Made by a program: the position numbers and the translations under genes
In this document: one piece after another, positions 1-13,100 of the stretch
Layout of the letters: each line of letters opens with the position of its first letter
Position numbering within the stretch: position 1 is the stretch's first letter
Notes under the pieces: model-generated
What the model was told of the DNA's origin: nothing
Seen by the model: only the letters and a program-made list of their open reading frames with translations
The model's database searches: none
Assembly (NCBI RefSeq): GCF_004010195.1
Contig: NC_057751.1
Span: forward strand, 1,527,167-1,591,166
DNA length: 64,000 bases
Source: Chiloscyllium plagiosum
Lineage: Eukaryota
Direction of reading: 5' to 3'

Positions 1-360
1 GTGGGTCTCCCGTCACTTAGACCCCAATTCTAAGCTGATGTGAAACAGCCTCTCTCAGTGACAGCCTGCTCCGGCAGGGAGTCAGGATCAGGTCCTTTCC
101 TCGCGGTCACGACGTGGGATCTTGCTGTGCGTAGATTGACCCCCCAACCCAACCTTGCCCATGAACGTTTTGCGACAGAATATTTCTCAAACCAAAGCTG
201 CTTCTGGTAAACTGTCTGGTGATGCGGAATTTCTCCAGCACGGGTTGGGGCAGGAATGGAGATGATCACTCCCCGGACCTGCCAGGTTGAGTTATTAACA
301 TTGCAGAATCTTTTCCGCTGCGTGTGTGTGTCGGGTAGGCGCCTATTTACCCGCCTCACC
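1..360. promoter_or_regulatory. CpG-enriched region, probable edge of the PBDC1 promoter/exon-1 CpG island
   Basis: Visibly more CG dinucleotides than the CpG-depleted remainder of the window; lies upstream of the first PBDC1 exon found. Confidence 0.4.
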
Positions 361-639
361 TTACCCTGACCACTTCTCCTCTGGCCGTCCTACAAGCCAC
401 ATACCTCTCCAGGAACCTCCATTCAACTAGTGTGGTGTTGAACCGCATAGAGAACTATTAGGACAAGTGACCGACAATGGAGTCAGAGGCAAAAGGTTTT
501 ACAAGGTTCTTAAAAGAGAGCTTCCTGGAAGGAATTTTATATCTTGGGCTGTTTGCGTTTGAAGGCAATGGCCACAGGGGAATACGGGTCAATACTGGAG
601 GACTGCAGGAATCCGACAGAGTTGAAAGTCTTTTGCAAT

Positions 640-850
640 TTGGGATTCTTTGAGTAAAGGAATTAAGGGTTATGGTGAGAGGGTGGGTAAGTAGAGCTGA
701 GGCCCTGAAAAGATCAGCCCTGATCTTATTGAATGGTACAATGGGCTCCTTGGGCTCGATGGCCTACTCCTGCTCCTATTTCCTCATGATTATGGTCAGC
801 TTGAACTGATTGGGCCAAAGGGTGTGTTTCCATGCTGTGTGACTCATATG
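640..850 (+). mobile_element. CR1-clade LINE 3'-end fragments
   Basis: Carries the gatcagcc..gatcttattgaatgg..ggcctactcctgctcct tail motif shared with other CR1 ends in this window. Confidence 0.55.
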
Positions 851-1435
851 AATGCTGATCTCACTGCATTGCTAGTCTTCACATTCTTTGGTCTATCAAA
901 TTTGCCACATTATTGGTATTTCAACGAGAAACAAGGATCCAAGCCCTTGTCCGAGATCCTCAGGCAGTTTCCCACGAGGACCCAGATAACTCTATTGTCT
1001 GACCAGTATTGACTCAGCAGCCAAAACTACATTCAACCAAATTAGCATTTATCTAATTCCTGTTTGGAAGTTGTACAAATTGGAGTTCCTGCATCAGTTC
1101 CTCTAACAGTTATTACTTAGCCAAAATATTTAACTGGTGTTCAACAGTTGGGCTATCTTGAAGCAATGGAAGCTCACCCAGAGCTGCAAACACAAATTTA
1201 TTCTATTTATGGTGTGACTAGCCTGTGTGTGTCTAAGTGTTGAACTGAGCATTTTGTTATTTTAATTGCTGATGAATTCTGTCAGTATCTCAGAATCCCG
1301 GCAATAATCGAGTTATATGCAGGGTATTTGCTTTTGTTCTGAAAAATGACGTTGGGAGTTGTTGTCTGGTAATGATTTAAGATCGGAACTGCTACCACAA
1401 ACTGATCACTGACTCTTGTTTCTGTCTCCTGTCAG

Positions 1436-1501
1436 AATGCTGGTGAGTTGATGTCTGTGGCCCAAAGCCTTTCCCAGCCAGCAGATTCTTACATAAATGA
1501 T
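1436..1501 (+). CDS. PBDC1: PBDC1 coding exon (likely exon 2), NAGELMSVAQSLSQPADSYIND
   Basis: tctcctgtcag acceptor, gtgagt donor, 66 nt, phase 0/0. Confidence 0.88.
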
Positions 1502-4500
1502 GTGAGTATTTGATTCTGGTGCCTGTATTCTTGAAATGGAATGAATATTGCGAGACAATTCCCTCCTTGACACAGTCATCAATCCTGAAAAATTGTTATG
1601 TCCTGCATTATCCTTGTCCTCCCATTTCTGGTAGGAATTCAGTTCCTGATTGTTGTCAGCTGTTATCCAGTTGACAAGCCCACTATATCAAAATCTGTTC
1701 TAGTTTTACTTTCCTGGCACTTGTGGTCACTGCCCATTCCCTGGAGTCCTTGAGTGGTGGTGAATCAGTCTCTCAAAGCTCAAAACACAAGATTTACTCC
1801 AGGACATAGACCCAGCAACAATGAAGACACAGTGACATATTTCCCAAGCAGGTTGGTGAGTGAGGTGAAGGTGGGGGTGTTCCCATCTATCCACTGCTCT
1901 TATCCTTCTAGATGGTAAAGGTTGTGGGTTTGGAAAAAGCCAAAGGAATCTTGGCCAGTTGCTGCAGTGCATCTTGTAGATGGTACACACTGCTGCCAAT
2001 GTGTGTCACTGCTGGAGGGATGAACCGAATGTGTGAACTGGTGAGTACAACATCCCGATCTTGATCCAGGTGACTGTGAAAGCTCCTGGACAGCTGGCTG
2101 AGGATTCAAGGTTTTCACATCCCCCGAGTCACACAACAAAATCATGAGAAGCAATTATTGGTCAATGTCACATGAGTCATCGTGTTTCCACAAGCAACAT
2201 TGTACTTGGTGAAGCTGTTAGAGACTGAGGTGGAAGTCTTTTATAACTAGCTGTTCGAGTGAGGTGGATCAAACTGTGCAAGTTTTTATACATGTCCTGA
2301 TGAACTTTGTTGTATCAACAAACTCTTTTTACTTTTAGACAACTTATGTTTGAGCAAAGGATAAAAGCTTTCTTCTTTAAAGTGGACCTGTCTGACAGGT
2401 GTTGTTCGTCGTACTCCATTTCTTTCTCAGTCTGACAGAGATCAAAGAGTTTGCAATACAACAGCAAAAGGTGGCTTTGTCATTCCAGAGTCTCAGTGGT
2501 GGATTTTCCTTCCAAAAAGAACTTTTGTCTGAATAGATGCAGACAGAGAATTGAACTGATTTTCTCCGGATTAGAATTAAAAAACGTAGACAAGAAAGGG
2601 CAGGTCATGGAGCATCCAGTGTGGAGAGAAATTAAGTTAACTTTTCAGTTTGAAGACCTTTGCTTCAAACTGCTGGAAGGTCATTGAACTGAAACAGTTA
2701 GTTTCTGTCCTATTTTTTGGACAAAGGAGGTGGTTACTGAATGTATATTGAACACGGAACGTTTTCTCCCAGAGTACAGACATCATGACATTGATCACTG
2801 TCGTGTTTGAAATCTTGCTAATCTTTGGTCTGTAAGGAAAGTTTTTCAACATCACAACAGACAGTCAGAATGAGAACTGAGAGACAGGCATAAGTGAACA
2901 CAATAGCTCAAAAAGCAAAGCTTCTACCTTGGACCATGTGAGGACATAGGTTCAAGGCAGACAGACATGCTTCAAAATGGGAACAACATCTTGTGTCCTT
3001 CGTGTTAAAAAAACTAGTCTTCTCAGGAAGCGAGCTGATGTTTGCTTGTAGCTGTGGGATTACAGAATCATAGAACGGTGAGCACAACTGGCTATCATTT
3101 CTGCAAGGGAGGAACTAAACAAGGCCCCGTGCATTCCTTTATTCTTCTGCATATGTTTGCTGGTACACTTGCCTTGTGAAATTGAACCTGGCTACACCAG
3201 CCTCTCAAGGAAACGATCCAAATCCCTTTGGACCACTCTGAAATGTTCCAATCAAATCCATCACAGCACTCTGCGGTATTTGTTAAAAACTCAGACAGTA
3301 AGTTGACCTTACCTTTTGTGTATTGCCAGTTTTTATTAAACAATGCCCCCCCCCCCCGCCCCCCCCCCCCCAAAAGTTTTGTGTTACATAATTCTGCCCA
3401 TTGTTTTACAGCCAAACCTTGAAATGATGTGGGCTATGAAAGCTTATCAACATGCTGAGATTTATTTCAATGTAAGTACAAATTGCTTTTTGCTGTATTA
3501 TTGATTAAAGGCTTTTATTTGATTCTACATGAATGAGGAATTAATGTAAAAGTAAGGACAGGGTCATGATGACACAGTAAAATGAGAATTTCCATCTTTC
3601 TGATACAGAAGAGCACTTCATCCATTAGATAAAGTATTCTCATGGCCATGAACACATCATGATGAAATTCAATTGGATGGTCACCCCACATTAATAGCCA
3701 AAGCTTTAAGATCAAACACAGCATTCAAAAGTACTTACCATAAGGTAATGGATAATGAAATTGGCAAGAGCTTGTCAATGTACTTGGCCAAAAGGTTCCT
3801 GAACCCACAATAACCTTCCTGCAAGGTTGACAAATGCATTGATCCAATATGTTGCCAATGCAGCTTCAGAAACGTACCTACCTTGTTAAAAGCAAGGTAG
3901 CAATTGTTTGAAAGGTGGAACCAACATTAGTTGAAATAAATCTTGGATTGCAAGCTGACAAAATTCTCACATGGAGCAAAATGGCACCACGTTCCACTGC
4001 CTGACCCAGATCTTTACCCAATGTTGGGGCAACCCAATCTGTTTGGGATTCGGACCGTTTGTATGGAATCACGCTGAGTATGTTGGTAACAGTAGAAAGG
4101 CTCATTTATCACCAAAAACACAGAACCCAGAGAATGGGTCAATATTACCGTGCCCTGAGAAGTACTGAAGTACTTGCACCATTCCTTCATTGATGTCAAT
4201 AACAGATTCAGGTCATGTACCTCTTTTTAGCAGTGATGTTGGGAACATGGAAGTGATGGCTGACAATGTATTTGTAGTAACAATGAGGCAGGAGGAGGGA
4301 TGTAACCATTTTCTAGGCAGGGTGTGCATCCTTTGTAAATGTCAACATTGACAAGGGATCTCCACAAAGGTCAAATTTCCATTTGACTGTGAAAGTCAGG
4401 GTATTTTTGGCTTTTTATCACCATTTTCAGCATTCTAATGGCAATATTAACAGGTTCTTCAGTTGGAATACACCCATCTCTGCTGTACATGCCAAGGAAT

Positions 4501-5611
4501 TTCAGGATGCATCAGTTTTCAGGGGGATCCTGGGATGTGATCACAGTTCAGACGGAGTCTGTGCAAGTCTCAATCAGAACAGACCATGACTTGACTGTGG
4601 ATACATTAGTCAGGGTAAATGTAGGGGAATAGGTCTGGGTGGCTTACACTTCGGAGGGTCGGTGTGGAGTTGTTGGGCCGAAGAGCCTGTTTCCACAGTG
4701 TAGGGATTCTATCTCTCAATGAATAAAGTAGTAAAAGGGTCCAAATCTGTGTCACAACTGCAAATGCTCCCTGGGAGTGTCTCAGTATTTCAGAAAGCCC
4801 AATCTGACAACAGTGGGAAGTTTATTTCTTTTATTTCACGTTATTGCCACGAGTACAGAAACCACTCTTTGTGATTCGCGGTACCTCTGTTTCCTTTCAA
4901 AGCTCATTTGTTCAGTTGACCCAACATTTCTGAAACTGACCAGAGAAGACGATCAAATTTACACAGAGTTCAGGAAGCAGTTCAGGGACTTGAAAATCGA
5001 CGTACTGGATCCAGCCAAGTTGAAGTCAGACGCGGCCAAACAAGTGAGTTCCTTTTAATTTGGTGTCCTTGTAGCCATGTTCCTGACTGCTTGTGGGATT
5101 TTGCCTCATTCAACTTGAGCAGCTGTCTTGAATCTCCGTTCTCTCCTCTTGCAGCAATGGCGCCCATTCTGCCTGAAGTTTGAAACACTGGTCGAAGACT
5201 TCAACTACGGCACGCTTCTGCGGCTGGACTGCTCAAAAGATTACGTGGAGGAAAACACGATATTCGGTTAGGGGTGACAGAGGGGAAGCAAAATGGAGGG
5301 AGGCATGGAAGGGAAATGGGGGAGGGGAAGGGAATTGTGGGGAAAAAAAAAGTACATGCAGATATGTTTGTTATGGATCTCGGATGTGCTTTTCTGATTC
5401 CATCTTTCCCCACTCAGCTACCAGGATCCAATTCTTCGCCATTGAAATAGCCCGGAATCGGGAGGGCTACAACACCATGGTCTATGAAAGATCAACAAAA
5501 GCCAAGACTGCTCATGCTGATGACAAGGTGACTGAAGTCTCCACTGAGCAAGAACCACCACTGGCCCAGCCAGCAGGGTTAGCTGGGGAAGAAAACGCTG
5601 CACATTCATAG
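1436..5611 (+). CDS. PBDC1: PBDC1 (polysaccharide biosynthesis domain-containing 1, CXorf26 orthologue), 5'-partial spliced CDS: join(1436-1501,3412-3471,4903-5043,5155-5266,5418-5611)
   Basis: Joined exons give one open frame, NAGELMSVAQSLSQPADSYIND-PNLEMMWAMKAYQHAEIYFN-LICSVDPTFLKLT...-QWRPFCLKF...DFNYGTLLRLDC...ENTIF-ATRIQFFAIEIARNREGYN...stop, matching recalled vertebrate PBDC1. All introns are GT-AG with consistent phases. Confidence 0.95.
3412..3471 (+). CDS. PBDC1: PBDC1 exon, PNLEMMWAMKAYQHAEIYFN
   Basis: ttttacag acceptor, gtaagt donor, 60 nt. Confidence 0.93.
4605..4712 (+). mobile_element. HE1-like SINE 3' fragment
   Basis: gggtcggtgtgga..ttgttgggccgaa..gcctgtttccaca matches the tail of the full SINE at 33773. 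Confidence 0.7.
4903..5043 (+). CDS. PBDC1: PBDC1 exon, LICSVDPTFLKLT...LKSDAAKQ
   Basis: ttcctttcaaag acceptor, gtgagt donor, 141 nt. Confidence 0.94.
5155..5266 (+). CDS. PBDC1: PBDC1 exon, QWRPFCLKF...EENTIF
   Basis: ctcttgcag acceptor, gttagg donor, 112 nt, ends in phase 1. Confidence 0.94.
5418..5611 (+). CDS. PBDC1: PBDC1 last coding exon, (A)TRIQFFAIEIARNREGYN...AAHS*
   Basis: ccccactcag acceptor, TAG stop at 5609-5611. Confidence 0.93.
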
Positions 5612-6295
5612 CAGATTAGAGGGACACACTGGAGTGGCTGCATCATATTCTGCTTGTCAAGAAGTGGGACCGCTCCAGCTCACAGAATTTAAGCCAGAGC
5701 TCCATGTATGAAAGCTTCAGTATAAAACCAGACAAGTGCTCTTGGAGGCACCTGGACAAATACGGACAACTCAGTCTTAAGACTCTTTATCCCAGAATGG
5801 TTCTATGTTGCCAAGTTTAATCAAACATGGTCCGGTTACAGGTTTTGCAAAGACTATTTAATCAGCTTCAAACTTCTCTCTGATGCCATGGAAAAGGCAT
5901 CCCGTGGAATGCAAAGAGACAGATGAACACAGATTGAGAGACACCACATGATTATTAATATCGCTATACACACTAGAAAAACAAGGACAGAGAATTGAGT
6001 AAAGAAGCAAAGAGAGGGGAGGATGTCTTGATGTATTTAATCAGTTGCTTTTGGGTAGTACTATCCATGTAATGCAAACCCCTCTGAAAATTCAACGACC
6101 TGAGGCAAAACAAATGGGAGAAGCAGCAAATTGAGCGGTTTTGTTTGGGGTGGAGGGGAGGGGTTTGATGACAGGGAAGGATAGGAGGGAGCAGTGTTGG
6201 GATATAAAGAGCAACTTGCCCACTCCTTGAGGTAGCTGCTTTCCTGCTGCTTACTTGAAGCACGGGAGACACCTTTCTGTACAAACCATTGACAG

Positions 6296-6301
6296 TTTAT
6301 T
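6296..6301 (-). terminator. Candidate XPO7 distal polyA signal AATAAA
   Basis: tttatt on + strand, about 800 nt past the XPO7 stop. Confidence 0.4.
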
Positions 6302-6409
6302 CGCAGTCACAATGCTTACACTAGATGCAGCAAACATTCTTACATACCAACCTACCTGATCACGCAGTGATTCGGAAATGTTTAGTCAGAACATTCAGTG
6401 GAAAGGAAC

Positions 6410-6415
6410 AATAAA
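6410..6415 (+). terminator. Candidate PBDC1 polyadenylation signal AATAAA
   Basis: First canonical AATAAA seen after the PBDC1 stop, with T-rich sequence downstream. Confidence 0.4.
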
Positions 6416-6766
6416 AATATATAATCCATTGGTTTTCTGTTCCTTCGTGAATATAAATGAGCTGTGCTCAACACATAATTAGCAGCAACAGTATCTGTTA
6501 CTTTTTCTACAGAAATTCCCTAATCACTAGTGGAACAATTGTTGGAAAAATATGGATGGACAGTTGGGAGTGAAATCCACATGAGCTGGTAAGTTTAGCT
6601 TCAGTCCTTATTTGTACAGTTTCAGACTTGATTTTGCAGAGCTCTGTATCTAACTAAACTCCCACACACATTCCACCCCATCTACCTGACACCAGCCAAG
6701 TCTCTCAGCATCATGCTCCCAACTCTAAAAATTTCAATCACAACTTTTTTGTTTCTCTCTCTCTCT

Positions 6767-6772
6767 TTTAAT
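6767..6772 (-). terminator. Candidate XPO7 proximal polyA signal ATTAAA
   Basis: ATTAAA on - strand followed about 25 nt later by GTTGTG. Confidence 0.35.
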
Positions 6773-7105
6773 TGATTTCATATAAACATTGTTCAAAATG
6801 TCTTAAGAAAAAAATGTACAAGTTTATACAAGGCAGATGAGGGAGCGAGAGCACAAAGGCACTCGCTGTCAGGGTTCGGTTTTCTAAAGGGAGGGTTGGT
6901 GACAAGTCCTGCAGTCCAATGCCAGGGGAATCGAGGGAGGGGAGGGCAAGTGGGCACTGCCCATTCACCTTCAACCCCTGCGAGCTGTCCGACTTAACTC
7001 TGACCTCAATCCTCCACCCCCTCCCCACCTGTGTAACGTCAATGATGAACATCCCTCCCCCAGTGACCCCGTCCAACCAAGTGGGAAGTGTGATACAGAT
7101 AGATG

Positions 7106-7199
7106 TCAGCTCATCATATCGCTGCTGTTGACACCATATGTGGAATTCTTCATCGAGTCATTCACTTCCCTCCGAAACACTGACAGGTTCTGGGTGAAT
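7106..7199 (-). CDS. XPO7: XPO7 last coding exon, [30 protein letters not shown]
   Basis: gtccag acceptor, TGA stop at 7106-7108. Confidence 0.95.
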
Positions 7200-10100
7200 C
7201 TGGACAACAAAAGCAACAGCAAGTTAACATGGACCGATGCTTCCATATCCCTCTCAAGACACAACCACCGAACATAAGCTGCAATACTCTCCCATGTTCA
7301 CAGTCTGAGTTACTGTAAATTGCCAGCATCACAGCAGATCTAAATGATAAAACATCTCACACAACGCAAGTAACACATTTATCCTACTTGGGTATTGCTG
7401 GATAATATGCTCATCTTTACACAACACTCACAAAACAATCTGTGGGATTTTGGTATCACAGATGAAATGAGCATTTATGACCCTTTGACAAGTTGGCATG
7501 TTGAACAGCCTTCTGACAAACACAGCCAAGAAAAAGGCATTTGGCTCATTTTACCAGTGCTGGCTCACTGAAAGAAGTAACCAGTAAATTGACCAGCCTG
7601 ATCTTTCCTCACTGTTGTGACATGTCATTCCTTGTTTCATTGGGATTCTATTCCCTTTCCCAAGTTATTACTCAATGTACGTCTACAACCCTGTTAGGCA
7701 TTCCAGATTTTTGAACCTTCCCAGTTGAAGTGAAGGTATTGTTAACAATGCCAGAATGGCCAGCATTTTGACACTAGGATGAAGAAGAAGGGAAGTCAGA
7801 CTGGTGGTCTGACAGAGTTGTGACTGCAGCCTTTACAAATGGTAAACGTCAGAGGTTTGCAAGAGGCTGTTATATTGCTGTAGTGCATTGCTTTAGATTG
7901 TGCACTCTGCTGCCCCCATATGCTGATATGCAGTTTAGCCTCTTTAGCAGTTTTGTCCTGCATTAATCTCGGTGAGACAGACATTTTGGGGAAGAGGGAA
8001 GCTAACCACAGGATATCCATTCTTTTACCTGGACTGTGCAACTGATGCCACACTCCTATATTGGCTCCGAGGCAGATTAATGTTGTTACCGTCAATTATA
8101 TTAGAACCATTTCAAATATCTTAAACTGAGAACACAAGTCACAGCTTCTGGCCTAATTCTCATAGCAGCAGCATCTTTCTGAATATTGACCAAACAGAGT
8201 CAATTATTCCATTCCCTGTGAACCTTGTCTGCAGCACTAGCTCTCTCAGTCTCTCCTGATTAACGATACACCTCAGGCCATTCTGGTAAAAGCTTTGCAT
8301 TTTCCTGGTCCCTTGACCTGGCCAGGGGGCAACAGACTGACAGAAACTGATTTTCTCTTTGTGAAGCACCAACGCAGTAAACAGAAAAGGAGCCTGCAAT
8401 TTGAGGGAGCACAAACACCGTCCAGTATGACAGATTTATCAAAGGTTACCTGTCTCTGTTTTTGGTCAACAGGTTCCGCTCAATCCCTTCCATCAGATTC
8501 TCAAAGCAGAGGTGCATGGCTTGTTGCTTCTCTGGAGGCTGGCTGTTCACAATACTGTTCCTCAAGTCAGCAAAATACTGCAGGGGGCAAGAAACAAAAC
8601 CATTTCAAGGAAGGTTAGCTTCAGAGACCTAGCTTACAAGGAAAGGTGATGATCTTCTGGATACAGCTTTACACATTGCCCAGTGTGGAGAGAGATTTTC
8701 ATGTCTTTGTTCCGAAACTCAAGCTTGGGAGTGCAATGCCAACTCCACGACTTGAGCATGGTAACGTAGGCTGGTGATAACAGTGCAATGCTCAAAGAGC
8801 GCTGCCATAATCAAGTCACTCTTGATGGAGAGCTGTTCGACTGCAGTAGGCATTGCTGATGAGCACAGACTGATCTGCCATAAACCAATCAGTGGGGGAA
8901 GCCTTGGGATTGCACTGGTGATGGTGGGCTCAGCAAAGAGCAGGAGATGGCAGTCGATGATACTGCTTGTGTGGCAGGATGTGTGGGGAAATTTCAGCTA
9001 TCAGTCTGCAACTGGCCCTCACTCTCCCAGCCCAGCTAACATTTGGTGACATGATCAGCTGAACCTTGCCAGACTGTCTGCACCAAGTCATCCCTCCAAC
9101 TTCAATCGGAGTGAAACTGGTCCAAATTGAGTCACTTCTCCGAGTCTCTGTTTGAAAATAGTGAGCTCAATGGGTAGTACTCTTGCCTTTGAGTCAAAAG
9201 TTTAAAGTGTCAATCCAGGAATTGAACACATCATCTCAAGTGATATTCCCTGTTTAACACGGAGGAAATGCCGCACTGATGGGTATGACGATGACATTAG
9301 ACTAAACCAAGACCCTGGCTGCCAGTTCAAATGAACATGAAAACGTGGGGATCTTCCACTGTCATCATGAGCAATCCAGCTAGTTAAGTAAATTCCCAGC
9401 CCTGGGGAGTGCTGCTGAGCAAACTGACCTTGAAGGTGGAATCACAGCTAACCAGGATAGTGAAGGAGGCATTTGGTATGCTTTACTTTATTGGTCAGAG
9501 CATTGATTTACAAATTTGGGAGGTCCAGCTGTACAGGATTGGTGAGTCCACTTTCAGAACAGTGTTCAATTCTGGTCACGCTACTGGAGAAAAGATTTTG
9601 TTCAACTTGAAAGGTACAGAAAAGATTTACAAGGGTATTGCCAGAGCTGGAGGAATTAAGCTCCAGGGAGAGGCTGTATTGTCTGCGGCTGTTTGTGTCG
9701 GAGGCTGAGGGGTGACCTCATAGAGGTTGATAAAATCACAAGGCGGGTGGATAGCATGAATACCTGAGGTCTTTTTTCAAGGGAAGAGGAGTCCAAAGTT
9801 GGAGGGCACAGGTTTTGGGTGAGAAGGGAAATATTCAAAGGGACTTGACAGGTAACCTTTTCACATGGTGTGTGGTGCGTGTATGGAATGAGCTGCCAGA
9901 GGAAGTGGTGGAGGCTGGTATAATTGCAACATTTAAAAGGCACCTGGATGGGTATATGAATAGGAAGGGTTTAGACGGATATGGGGCGAGTGCTGGCAAA
10001 TGGGAATAGATGAGGTTGGGATATCTGGTCGGCATGGACGAGATGGACCGAATGGTCTCTTTCCATGCTATACATCACGCTGACTGTATTGTGGTTATGA

Positions 10101-13100
10101 ATGTCAACAAGGTACCAATTCTCAAAATCATTAGCTGGCTGTGAATTAATATGGATCAGAACAACAAAGTGAGTGACAACAGAAAAACAAAATTTATTCT
10201 CCCCTTGTCGAAACCTCCCAAGTGACCTGTGGCCAGGCACTGCACTGTCATCCCTCCAATGTATGTCCACATCAAGGGGAACTGTTGTGGGCCCCAGAGT
10301 ACAGACAGAGATAGTCTGGCCTTAGACCTCACCTTTTCATTGAGGAGAATTAATCCAAGCAGAGGGCGTGACATGGACCATTGATTTCTGCAGTCTTCAA
10401 AAATGATGATGTTCAGAACTGTGGAGAGCATCTGGAGCAGAAAACCCAATGATGAACAAGTGGAAAAAGGTTTCTGAGACACTGACATTAATTTAGAAGG
10501 CAGCCAAAGAATTAATTAAGCTCTGGGAATTAATGAAATACTAAATCATCACGCACCCGACTAGAATCGAATCATCAAACGGCATTTTGATAGTTGCGTC
10601 AACCTACAGTGGCTCTCGGGAACAGCTTTAAACATGGAAACAGGGGTCACACAGTAGGCGATTCAGCCCTTTGAGCTTGATCCTCCATTTGCTGTGATCG
10701 TCACCCAACTCAAGTGCTTGTTGCTGCTTTTCATCATATTCTTCAATCCCTTGGATCCCAAACGCTCCACCTGACTCTTGCTTTAAATCAGACGTTTGGC
10801 CCTGACTAATTTCTGTGGTAGCAAATTCCATAGGCTCCCCACTCTGGGTCAAGACATTTCTTCCCATCTCAGTCCAAAATCTTTTACCCCTTAGCCGAGG
10901 ATTGAGCACCTGCTTCTGAACTTCCCCACCATCAGCAATATCCTTCCTGCATCGACTCTATCTATTCCTGTTTGTAATTTATGGGTTCCTACAAGATCCC
11001 CCTCCCTTCATTTTTTTGAACACCAGCAAATATTATCCCAACCCATTCAACCTCAGCTCCCCTGTCAGTCCTGCCATCCCAGCAATCAGTCTGTTAAACC
11101 TTCACCGCACTCCCGAGGGCAGTAACATCCTTCCTCAGATAAGGAGAGCCAATGTTTGAAGTGTGGTCTCACGAATGCCGTGTAACTGCAGCAGAATACC
11201 CCAGCTCCTGTCCTTGAATGCTTGTGCGGGAAAGACTGCGATGCAGCTTGCCCTTTTTATTTTTCAGAGACTAGTCAGTGAGGCGACCAGGTTTCACTGT
11301 ACATTCCTTCTCTCCATCACTTTATGCACATGATGCTGCCACTGTCATGTACTTGCCCCCTCACTCAGCCTGTCCAAAACACATTGCAACATTGAATCCC
11401 TACAGTGTAGAAGCAGGCCACTTGGCCCATTGAGTCCACACCAAACACCATCCCACCCAGACCGACCTCTGTAACCCTCTTATTTCCCATGGCTATTCCA
11501 TTTAGCCTGCACATTCCTGAATACGATGGGAAATTTCTCATGGCCAATCTACCCAATCTGCACATCTTCGGACTTTGTGGGAGAAAAGCAGAACACCTGG
11601 AGGAAACCCATGTCACCACAGGGAGACAGTGCAAACTCTACACCGACAGTCACCTGAGGTGGAATCAAACCTGGGTCCCTGGCGCTTTGAGGTAGCAGAT
11701 GCTAACCACTGAACCACCATGCTGCTCTTTCGTTTGTGATGCATCCCCTCCTCCTCCCTACTTTAGACTTCTCTTCATTACAAAGTTAATCTATTGGCCA
11801 TTTTGTCTCAGTCCTCCTGAAGGTTGTTACTATTTGTTTGACTCTTAACTGCGCTGAGGTATTAGGGATGGGCAATAAATGCTGGCGAGCCAGTGATGCC
11901 CTTGTGAATGAACAACAACTATGACTGTTCATGATATCTGTTTTATTTGCAGAGATGGAAAAGCCTCAGTGTCCACCAATGTTGCTGCCTCCCTTCGGTT
12001 CACCCTTCCTACCCTTGAATTCTCTGAGCTGTAGTTCTGCTCTCAGTTCTGTTTGGCAATATTCTGTCAAACAAATGTATAAAGCAGACAGCATTTCCCT
12101 CACCAATCAGAAGACAAAATACTGTTCTGATTTTCAGTATCTTTTCTGCATTCTCAAAGACTCATTTATCAGCTTCTGTCCTTGTGTCGACTGATACGGG
12201 TTTCGGATTCTCACAGGAGAAATTGCAGATTGCATTCACAACTCAATCATCCTCATTGCTCCATTCAAACTCAAGCCAGAACTGACAAGGCAGATACAAG
12301 TGAATTTCAAACTACAGTATTTATATTGGCTCAAGACTAAGAAATAAATTAGAAACAAGCTTTTTTCCTCAAATAACTGACATGTACAACACACGACAAA
12401 CCATCACCTTCTAACACACCTTGCACAAACCCATGAGGTGATAACTACATGGCATACGGATCAGACAGTTCCCAAGCTATCTTCTGCATCTCAGATCGCA
12501 ATCTAAATTGAGTTTTTTGATGAAGTGTGAAGATAATTGATGAAGATAAGGCAGTGGATGTTGCCAACATGGACTTCAGTAAAACATTTAACAAGGTCCC
12601 TCAGGGCAGGCTGGTCCAGATCTCGAGCTATATTTAATAGCTGTAATAGCATTTGTGAAAACAGCATTCACAACATTTCTCCCTCATAATCCAAAAAAAT
12701 AATATTGCTTTGAACCAGAGATTTCACATTGATTTAACAGGATTTCATAACATTTTCCTGGTTCCCAGTTTGCTGAGTATTCAATTGCTGATCTGTGTAA
12801 AACTGCTCTCTCTCTCTCTCCTGTGCAGCCTCCTACTTATCCTTCAGAACTTCCTCTTCATCACACCACACCCCCACCTTCTAGACCACTCCCCAATACC
12901 ATTCCTCATGTTCCCAGCGTTTCTCTTTAGCCCCAGAATCCCTTGCAGTCTCCTTCTCCAGCAGCCGCTGAGCAGATGCCCTGACCCTGGAGCTGGCACA
13001 CGGTCCTCCTAATAGGCGATTCATTGGCCTCACCTTCCTGGTAAAATGTTTTTTTTCCCCTTGTTCAATGATGTACTGCTCCTCCAATCAGACAGTTGTG

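Noticed and set aside
1..6. gtgggt at the window start as the PBDC1 exon-1 donor
   Set aside because: Cannot be tested without upstream sequence.
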